A DNA stretch of 64,000 nt from assembly GCA_964187785.1 (NCBI GenBank), contig OZ076409.1, positions 57,290,001 through 57,354,000 on the forward strand, given 5' to 3'. The translations under genes and the position numbers were made by a program. Positions within the stretch are counted from its first letter, which is position 1. Each line of letters begins with the position of its first letter. Positions 26,631 to 36,352 of the stretch are shown here, piece after piece. The notes below the pieces were generated by a model, which was not told where the DNA came from, did not search any database, and was given only the letters and a program-made list of their open reading frames with translations. This DNA comes from Amphiscolops sp. MND2022. Its lineage: Eukaryota.

Positions 26631-27241
26631 ATGGGAGAAGACCAATACAATAGACCAGAGCCCAACTGATGAACGGATGCTGTCTGCAATGGTTAAAACT
26701 GAAGTACAAATAAATGTTATCACTGCTGGATCAGTCAGACCTTTGAGCACTTTTGGTAACGTTGAAAATTCACGGAAGCTACTTTCTATTCATTTCAATC
26801 TAACGATTCGTCGCAACAAATGATGTTCAAAATAAACCTTTTTGGTGAAGGAATGTGAAGTGAATGGCTGTTAACTCAGGAAGCCTCGGAAATATTCCAA
26901 AATCCGAGCACGTGACAAACCGCTGACGGTAGATCCTGGACAGTTGAAAGTTTAGCTTAATCCATTAATCGTTAAAAAAACCGGTTTAATCAGTTAACAG
27001 CCATTCACTTCACATTCCTTCACCAAAAAGGTTTATTTTGAACGAGCATTTGTTGCGACGAATCGTTAGATTGAATTGAATAGAAAGTAGCTTCCGTGAA
27101 TTTTCAACGTTACCAAAAGTGCTCAAAGGTCTGACTGATCCAGCAGTGATAACCTTTATTTGTACTTCAGTTTTTTTAACCATTGCAGACAGCATCCGTT
27201 CATCAGTTGGGCTCTGGTCTATTGTATTGGTCTTCTCCCAT
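26631..27241. repeat. Long inverted repeat (foldback/MITE-like), ~245-bp arms, ~115-bp spacer
   Basis: 26631-26876 is the near-exact reverse complement of 26992-27241. Confidence 0.9.
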
Positions 27242-27999
27242 TCGAATTTTTTGAATCGGTCACGAAATAATTAATTGGTTATTCGATTAACTGTTCCGGG
27301 CTCTACCAGAAAGTCCCTGAGACAAAATATTGTCGCGTGAAAAATAAGAAGTTGTAGAGAATACTTTGGTTTCCTTTATTGATAAAAAAGATCTGAAGTG
27401 AAGAGACGGCCATTTTTTTGCACATTTTGAATTAAATACACCAACTGTAGTATAATTGAATTCAAACAATCAATTAACAACGTGTTAGTAGTCCTTCAAT
27501 CACACAAACTTAAGCTAAAAGGTCTTTTCTGGATGCATTTTTTGACAAAATAGATCGAAAAGTGTCAAACAATGTGGTTTTCAGCAATCATTGATCACCC
27601 TGGAATCCCATTACCAACCATATATCCTTCAAACAAGTTTCAACTCCGTGGAGGCATTTTTGTAGTTAGAAAAGTTACTTTCTTTTTGCTAATGCGTGTT
27701 CAGGTGTGGGGGAAATGTTTGAAATTTTTTCAATCAAAAAAAAAGAAAATTTACAACTTGCAATTTTTGGCAAAACACAAGCGAATTGGAACTTTCAAAT
27801 TTTCATAAGTTCAAAAAAATACAACTATTACAAAATTCTGAATTTTGAATTTTTGGTCGAAGGTTTTCGCTTTTTTGAAATCTCCACTTAATTACTCCAT
27901 CAAGTATGTGCATATTTTAGTCACCGTGGGTCAGTCGGTGGTGCGTCCGCCTGGCAGACAGGAGGTCGTGGGTTCGAACCAGGGCTGGAGCCTAAAAAT

Positions 28000-28345
28000 A
28001 TTGCGCTATATCCGACTTTTTGACCTTATATCAGAACTAAATTGCGTTTTACCTAGGCAGATGTTCGACAAATAGCGCTCCCATTTGTCCCAGTACGCTA
28101 TATCCGAACTTTCAACGTTATATCTGAAGTAAAATGCGTTTTATTAAAGAGGAGGCAGAGGTTCAAAAAAGCGCTCCCATTTGTTTCAGCACGCTATATC
28201 GAAATTTTGACGTCATATCCGAATAAGATTGCGTTTTACTAAGGAGGAGGCAGAGGTTCGAATCTAGTAATTTCAATGTTTCGTTTCCTGTTGAAATCGA
28301 AAAAAAACATCCTATCTGAATTTCGACGTTATATTTGAAGTAATG
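28000..28345 (+). repeat. Three to four ~90-100 bp tandem units (CGCTATATCCGA...TTATATC.GAA..AA.TGCGTTTTA) following a tRNA-like head
   Basis: Direct repeats visible by eye. Confidence 0.6.
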
Positions 28346-28459
28346 AATATTTCGGGTGAGAATAAATGCAATAACGCCTATTAGGCCGGAACGGGTCCTT
28401 TTTTTCATGCCCTCTCCGAAGTTGTTTTCATGCTTACAAAGGTACAGGAAAGAGTAGGG

Positions 28460-29097
28460 TTTTTAGTCGGCGCTTCATGAAGTGAAACGCGACTATTATA
28501 GTGACTTTTTTTCTATCCACACGAACTGACCAAAATAGTTCTACAAAAGTTCTACAAAATATTATTGCATCAAAATGCACTTTTTGGTCTAGCGAACTGA
28601 ACCAAAAAGGTTTTTTCTGTTTTTCCCGGTAACATACCATACCGGGCGAGACCAAAGACTCCCCCCTTTCATTTTTTTCGGCACTGCGAGACTTTTTTTT
28701 CGAAAAAAATTTTCCCCAAAGGGCCCCCCTGCATTTTTTTGATGTTTTGCGACAGAATGGATGTTGAAAAAGCCCAAAGGGTCCCCCCTTTCTGTTTTTT
28801 TTCGGCATTGTGAGATTTTTTCCCGAAAATGACAATTTTTGTTTTCTTCAATTTTTTTGTTTTGCGACAGAATGGATGTTGAAAAACCTCAAAGGGTCCC
28901 CCCTTTCAGTTTTTCGGCATTGTGAGACTTTAGCGCGCCACTCGGTCCATTTTTTTGAGTATGTAATTTTTTCGAAAAAATTTTTTTCAAAAAATTTCGA
29001 TTTTCGAGTACTGTTAAAAAGTACTTGACACTTGGAAGTCTTTTTGCTATTTTTGAGCCTTGGATATGGCGCCGACTTGGGCCGGTCCCGGCTTGTT
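28460..29097 (+). mobile_element. HINE-like family A copy
   Basis: TTTTAGTCGGCGCTTCATGAAG start; GGCGCCGACTTGGGCCGGTCCCGGCTTGTT end. Confidence 0.7.
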
Positions 29098-29555
29098 ATT
29101 ATTTCTGTGATAGCAGGAATATTATTGAAACCTCATGATGTCAACTTTTTTCAGTAAAATTCTTGGCATGATACTGAATAATTCAGATATTTTGTTCGGC
29201 AGTGACTAAGCGACAGAATTAAATTTCTCAAGCTCTCGAAGACAATTCAATTCTCGTGCGATGGAACGAGCGAGTGGTAATTATGCATTCGTACGCCGAT
29301 TCATTGAGATGAAGCGAATGAGTGTAAATTTTTTGTTCGCCGAGTGCTTCGCCTGCATTTAAATGCGAATGCGAAACTTTGTCTATGCTAAGTAGTTATA
29401 TTTGTTTTAGTCCGAGATTTAAAGGCGGTATAAACTGGTACAGCGATTAATTGTGCGCTAAATAATGATCAAGCAGGAGTGTATTGGTATTCCAAATATG
29501 ATTCTTTTAATTAATGAAAGATTGAAGCAGAATAGTGTGCCCCCGAGGGTTTTTT
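29098..29555 (+). mobile_element. HINE-like family B copy 3
   Basis: Homologous to 13396-13938. Confidence 0.65.
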
Positions 29556-30133
29556 TTTCGAAAGAGGCTTTTTTGTCAATATGCGATTTTTTGTCCGATT
29601 TTTTTACTGAAGCCGTCCTTCCATTTTTAGCAGAATCAAAACGATTTGCGGGTATGCAAGACCCCTTAGAGTTTTGTGGTTGAAAAAAAATTGATTTGAA
29701 AACAAAAGTTGTTGAAAGTTTTTGAGGTTTTCTGTTGAATGAAAAGTTTTCCAAGCCATAAAGGTGACATCTTTGGTTATTTTCCGTCCTGTGTGACTAA
29801 TGAGCATTCCTGTGAAAATTACCTGTGGAAAAGATCAACGGTTTTATCGAAACTGCGACGTTTTTTCAAAAATTCATTTGGTGAAAGGGTTGCCCCAAAG
29901 TGAACCCCTTCACTTACTAAAAACCGTTTTACAATTTTAGACTCTTCTTTTGCTTTTTTCGACCCTATAAGACTTCGTTTGACAGCAAAAAAAAACAACG
30001 TTTTTCCAGTATTCGGGTTTTTCTGATATTTCCAGTTTAGAAAAAGCCATTTTCGAGTCTCAAGGGACCCTCCGCTTAGCGGGCGTCCCCGTTGTAAAAC
30101 ACTGTAAACGTTTTCAGACGTCCCTGTGCTTAG

Positions 30134-30664
30134 GACACGAAACCCGATTTGACACAACAAAGTTACCAGGACTTTTCCTCCCGAAGAACTAAACGACATC
30201 ATAACTGTCAAGAAGATGATAACTTTGTCATTCCTGTGAAAAAAAAGAAAGTTCAGTTTTCTGAACATCTGACTGAGACCAAAATCTTTTGCCACACAGT
30301 CTCGCCTCTGTCTTTTCGAGAACAAAATTGGCCCCAAAATTCCACTGCAATCGAACTTGAAGCTGAATCCCCGATTCTGAAGCTGCGCCCGATTCTGAAA
30401 AAAGTACCAAAACCTAAAAAGGAAGAGTTAAGTCGATGGATGCAAGAATGTGACTCGTCTGCTAATGTCAAAAGTCATCCGTCCATTAATCAAACGGTTC
30501 ACCAAACAAACTTTACTTCCCTGGATCAATGTGAAAACTTTGTTGATTTTGCCGCGCTGGTGAAAAACAGGTTCGAGGACGAAACACTATCAGATATGAG
30601 TTGCGATAAGACCGAAAACTCCTCGGATATAGCAACTGTTGTTGATGAATTCAATTCTCTTTGA
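30134..30664 (+). CDS. Probable terminal coding exon of an unknown protein with an RVxF-type motif (KKKVQFS)
   Basis: Open frame of ~175 codons in unique sequence; possible phase-0 acceptor CTTAG at 30133, compatible with the 21871-22014 exon; no recognised domain. Confidence 0.4.
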   Translation, partial: DTKPDLTQQSYQDFSSRRTKRHHNCQEDDNFVIPVKKKKVQFSEHLTETKIFCHTVSPLSFREQNWPQNSTAIELEAESPILKLRPILKKVPKPKKEELSRWMQECDSSANVKSHPSINQTVHQTNFTSLDQCENFVDFAALVKNRFEDETLSDMSCDKTENSSDIATVVDEFNSL

Positions 30665-31642
30665 AAGCTACCACCCGGTGCGGACAATCAAGGCAAAAAC
30701 TACTTCTCTTCCAACACTTGCTCTTTTTGGGTGCTCGGATTTCAGATTTAGTGCATCTTGCTAAAGCAGTAGATTGTTCGAATTTTGAGCGAATTTAGAC
30801 AATCAGACAAGACAAAGATATAAAGTTATTGAGTTTGTAAATTTTTAGTAGTTTCTGTGCTTCCAAAAATTTCCTGCGCTGTTAGGCTGTAGGGTTTTCA
30901 AGTCGCTACCTTAAGAATAATTCCAGTTCATACATGAGTTGATATTTCTATTATGGATCACGTGTTGTTTGAAAACGTAGAATTTTACAAAAGTATTTTT
31001 TCCATCTGGTTTTTTTACAAAGGTGATCTGGCTAAAATTTTGAACTATGTATTAGTGAAGATATCTGAATTTTTGAAGTGCTTAAAATGAAAAGTGTCCG
31101 AAACCTTTTTAAAAGCATTTCCGACCGTTTTATGCAATTTTGGTACAACGTTTGCATGGCTTGGTGGATATAAATATTCACAGAGCTCAACGACAAAACA
31201 AATAGCTGATTAGCACATTTTTGGAGAAAAATCTGAGTTACCAATATTTTGCTTCCAAATCTTTTACAAAGCAGGCTTGAATTATCTTTTGTCTGGGCCT
31301 TCAAGCGAATTTGAAGGAACCGCAAACAATGGATTTCCTCATTATTATTATCATCAACAAAAGCCTATGGGATGATGTTTTCCCAAATTTGATTCTGATA
31401 GTGCCTTTTAGTCGTGCGACTTTTCAGAAATCTTTTTAGAGGAAAGCATGTTTCGAGCCTCAAGATTTCATTAATGATCGTTTTTTCAACAATTGTCCTC
31501 GAGCAAAAAAAATGCTCCTTTTTGAGCCTTTAGTGGTGTGGAGGCTTGGGCCGTTCCCTGCTTGTTTGACTTCTCAAGTCAATGCAGGTCCTGGTATTGG
31601 GAAGGTGTGTGACGATGGATTTGATAAGGCTGGTTCTGTTTT

Positions 31643-32163
31643 TATTATTTCTTCTTTAGCAGGAATATTGAAATCTCAAAATGTGTACTTTTTTTTCAGT
31701 ACAATTCTTGGCACGATACTGAATAATTCAGATATTTTGTTCGGCAGTGACTATAAGTGACTATAATTTCTCAAGCTGCCGACGACAATTCAATTCTCAT
31801 GTGATGGAACGAGCGAGTGGTGATTATGTATTCGTAAGCTGACGTCATTGAGATGCAGCGAGCGAATGTTCGTAATAGTGCTTTCGTTGCGCCGAGTTAT
31901 TGAGATGAAGCGAATGAGTGTTACTTTCGCGGAGAGCTTCGCCTGCATTCGAATATATATTTGCTTTAGTCTGAGATTTACTACTACTACTACTACTAAA
32001 AAACTGAATTGATTCTAGTCAACAAAAAGGAAATACTTGATGATATTTACGTGTACAGATATTTTGACCAACAGATTTAAAGGCGGTATAAACTGGTACA
32101 GTGATTAATTGTGCGCTAAATAATGATTAAACAGGAGTGTATCGGTATTCCAGATATGATTCT
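31643..32163 (+). mobile_element. HINE-like family B copy 4, left part, split by the giant LTR element; right part at 52143-52199
   Basis: Sequence resumes after the right LTR with ATTATTAATGA..TAAAGCAGAAATAATAGTGTGC, as in the other copies. Confidence 0.75.
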
Positions 32164-32613
32164 TGAGCTGTTAAAAATGAGTGATATTGTATTTCTTATC
32201 TCTTTTATAGAGTACATAAGAAGTCTAAGGTTCTTAACAGCAAATTCGTCTGAGGTACCAAGTTTACTGACTAGCTAGCTATTTCCAATATCCCTGAGAT
32301 CTCAGCTAAGTACTTCTTTCAGATAGAAACCGTTCTTCAGTTAATACTCTAATTTTCTTCAAGTAGACATACTCTACAAATTCGTCAATGATTACAATGT
32401 TATATTGACATGCTAACTAATCAATAGCGACAACAGTAAGAAGAGTTAGATGGGTTACTAATTATATTGTCACAAGGCATTATTAAGTTATTTTCAAATG
32501 TCATCAATCTAGTCAACTTCAGTTAACTATAAATGAAGTGAGATCTGTCTCTCTCAAGTTGGGTGACTTCGAGATATTCGAAAGTTCTTGAGGACATCTA
32601 TCATGGCATCACA
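32164..32613 (-). repeat. 3' LTR
   Basis: Direct repeat of 51687-52138 with scattered substitutions. Confidence 0.92.
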
Positions 32614-33589
32614 ATCAACTGGGAATTTTTGAAAGTTTAAACTATATATCTGCACTTTGGAAGTGTGGAGTTCTGAAGTTTTGTTTTGCATGAATTTTTG
32701 TTCTAGAAGCGTACCATACTTAAGGAGTGAGAACAACCTAAGACGATTTGACTTCTTACGTAAGTGACGTTTCAAATTGGTGCAAAATTTCAGTTTTCTT
32801 GACTGACAGTTGTGTTCAAGTTATTGATTGACAACTTGTTTACTACTTTGTGTTAATTTTTCGTTTCTGCGTATCTGCCATCGGCTCATTTGAAAAATCC
32901 ATTGTACATCAACATGAGTTATTCTGAATTGAAAACTTTTCATGTTGAAGAAAGATTCTACGAAGTTGTCAATGAGTTGTGAACAGTGGCGGGTGTTTGA
33001 ACCAAAAGTGAAGAAGTTTTGAAAAGTCTAGGTTCGAAGTGAAGTTCATTTTCAACAAAAGTGACTAGTGAACGGATGCAAAGAGTTTGTTCTTGTTCCA
33101 CAGTTGAAAAGTTTCAAAAGTTTGAAAAGTTGTTGTACCAAATGATAATGAGAAAAATTGTTAGTTTTTCATTCACATTTATGGGGTGAAAATTTTTCAA
33201 GTGGAAATTTTGAAAGAATTAGGAAATTCAATTGCATGGGCGAAGAAGAAAATTTTAGTGTACTGTAAAAAAAACCTTAGAAAACTTTTGTTCCATAAGG
33301 ACTTGTGTACTGTAAAAGAAAGATGGATAATAGTTGTATTATAAAGTGGGTATTATAAAAGAGCGTATATAAGAGTATACACAGACAATTGTTGCGGTTA
33401 GAGAGTAATTATAGGAGGGTATTATTACGATTATAAAGCACTAATTATGGGGGGTTATGCGAAAATAAGTATGACTACAAGATTACAATAGACATCGATT
33501 ATAAGAATACAATAAATATACAAGTTTATTTTGAGTTAGTTAATGTTAATACAGTCTTTGAGTTAGTTAATGGTCGTACAGTCGAGTTT

Positions 33590-34553
33590 TAAAGTTTGAA
33601 ACATTCATCTGCGTTGATCGACGAGTACCAGTTGGCAGTTGAAAGTGAAGAGAAGGTAGATGTGGAGTTGACAAAGTCCAGTTGAAGTTGAGTCAGCGAA
33701 GTTGATGCGGCAAGGATCAGTTGGAGTGGGTGCTGCAAAAACCAGTTGAAGAAGTGAGACGAAGGGTGTTGTGGACCAATCGATGAGGAGTTGAAATTGC
33801 TGCAACGCAGTGATGAAAGCTTGCTGTGTGGTGTGGAGGAAGAGCAGTGAAGGTTTTCACTCAATAACATTCATTTGGAGAAGATGAATAGTTTAAAATG
33901 TTGAGATGAAGATCAGTGAAGAGAATCATTTTTTAAGGTTAGTATAGAGGGTGCTGTCGCGGAGCATATGTTTTGTGGCGTTTAGGATCGTAAACCTCTA
34001 TTTTTTGAGTGTATCCAAATTCAAGGAGTACTTTATTAAAAGCTTCACAAGCTTCGTCTATGGCTACTCTAAAGTAGTTATCTTTTGTTGTGAACGAGGA
34101 GTTGAGAACAAAAACCGCGTTTGAAGCAGTTTCGCAGATAGCAACGTTAGGGCCATCGAGGTGAAGACGAGCGTACTATTCTTCTTTTTTTATTTTGCAT
34201 ACATTATAGAGCACTTTCAGAAATGAGCGTTTCGTAGAAGGTGTAATTTGATCATTGTTTATCTCGAGTGAAAGTTTAAAGGCCATCGTGTGAAATATGG
34301 CTGCTTTAAGACTGTGGGCTGTAGTAGAAAGACTTAATTTTGTTTGATATGTTTTAGAACCTTGCGGAGCCATTTTGTGAAGATCGATGAGGAAGAGTTG
34401 ATGTTCGAGCAGAAAAATTTTGCGAGAAGTTCTGATAATATGGCTTAACGAATGATGGTTTGAAGAAGGCAAGGAAGAAGGAGGAAGAAAAATAGATGTT
34501 TCTGAAACAAAGAAGTTGTGAAAAAGTCAAGAATGTTCAACTTATGTTCCATA
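33590..34553 (-). pseudogene. Accessory ORFs 5 (~34553-33939) and 6 (~33930-33590) of the LTR element, unknown function
   Basis: Long reading frames on the element sense strand broken by isolated stops (e.g. ...KIKKEE*YARLHLDGPNVAICETASNAVFVLNSSF...HPLY*). Confidence 0.45.
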
Positions 34554-34852
34554 AGGTTTGGTGCTAATTAGTATCAACTTGGGGTGCTAGTATATTTGTA
34601 CTGTACATTGTTTGTGAACCTCTTTGTTAGTGAACGTCTTGTACTGTATTTAAGGAAAACTTTTGCATGTGTGTAAGATTAAACAAGAAAGTTATATGTA
34701 CCAAAAAGTTGAGAAAAAGGAGTCTTAATAAACATGTAGGTAGAGAAAGTTCGAAAGGTAAATTAGAAAAGCATTACCTGTATTAAAATTGAAAACATAA
34801 TTGTTCCATAGAAGAGAAAATTAAAAAAATTATGTATTACCTGTATGAAGAT

Positions 34853-36143
34853 TTAATGAACATTAGCTGAGTTAAAAAGAGTAGTCATGGATTCAAGAGC
34901 AGACTGTATTGCTTGTGAGGATTGTGTTATGCGTTGTGAGTCTAAGTCAAGTGATTGCAGGAGTTTGTGTGTTCTGTCATAGCAATGTATTTTATGTGTG
35001 AGAGTGGTGATGAGAGTGTCAGAGGAATTTCGTTTATACGGGTCCAATAGGTGTGTTATATCTTTAATAGTACGACTATTGAGAACTGATGAAAGTTTTT
35101 CAGGAGTATTTCGAATTGGTGAGCTATGTTCAATAGGAGGTGGTTTATGTTTTGCTTTTTGTTCTGGTTGTACCATGTAAGAAAAAAATTTGGCAGAAAT
35201 GAGGAGTAATTCGTTGTATGAATGCGATTGTTTAGCGAGAGCAGTATAGTATGATTTGTCTTTATCATCTAGTGGACAAGAAGCAAAGTGTTCGATTACT
35301 GTAAGAGGTTTGGCAATTCGTGTGGGAATATTGCAAGGCAACAGAAAATCATCGAAATGAATGAGATTTTCTTGAGGTACAATAAGTGGTCGTGATGTGT
35401 CATTGTAAGGAAATAGACAGAAGTATTGTTTGATAGGGTCATAGTTACGAAGGTAGCCGGTTATGCGAGAGTGGTTTATGGTATATAAATGTGTCATATT
35501 GAATGGAGAACAATATTTGTAGTTGACAAAAAGATAGTTCTGTGGGTTTGTGTGTTGTAAAAATTTAGTGTATGTTTGATGATGAGAAGCTTTTTGTGAC
35601 AGTGAGAGAAAGGAAGGATCAGATTCGTCTGTTTTCGAATCATAAATAGATGGGCGTAAAAAATTGAACTGAAGAAAGAAAATTTTAACGCCATTGTCGA
35701 GCCAATATTGGTATGGAGCCATGATTTTTGAAATGGATGTGAAAAAATCTTGATTTTTATCGTTTAGACGAAATGTGTAGTCTGTAGGATGCATATAGAG
35801 AGAAGTTAGTTGTGCTTTGAACGTGAAATTATCTTGTGATAGAATTGGGATCAAGTGATCATCACGAGTTGTAGAAAGTCATGGTTGAGAAGGTAGTTTA
35901 GGTGAGGAAAGAAAGACAGGATCTTTCATTCTTCGGAGGCGGTGGTACTTCATGTGTACTATCAGGAGGAGTGTGAACTTTTGTGGGTGTAGTATGTTCG
36001 ATTTGTTCAACTTCTTCCGCAGGATGAGCATTTACTTGGTCAATATTTTCAAGGAAGAGAACAGGAGAGTCGTTAAAAAGAGGTTGTGTGGTGAGATCAG
36101 AGGATGATGGTTCTAGTTAAAGATCAAGGTGTGCTTGTGTCAT
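34853..36143 (-). pseudogene. Accessory ORF4 downstream of env, unknown function
   Basis: 333-codon open stretch 35854-34853, extendable through lesions to an ATG at 36143 preceded by a TCTTTCAG acceptor. Confidence 0.6.
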
Positions 36144-36352
36144 TGTGAAAAAAGCTGAAAGATATATAAGATTTACTAACGAGTGGCTCTATTTACTTTG
36201 GTTGATGTTTGATTTATCACGCGGATTGTTACCGTTGGATGAGGTGGGTGGTGAATTTGAATTTGGAGATCAATCGTGAAGAGTAGTTGAGAAACGTTAG
36301 AGTTGGAAGGCAAGTGTTCTATATCAGTTTTGAGAGCAGAATGATATCAGTT

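Noticed and set aside
29819..30337. 172-aa minus-strand ORF
   Set aside because: Antisense overlap of the better-supported plus-strand exon, running into repeat-like sequence
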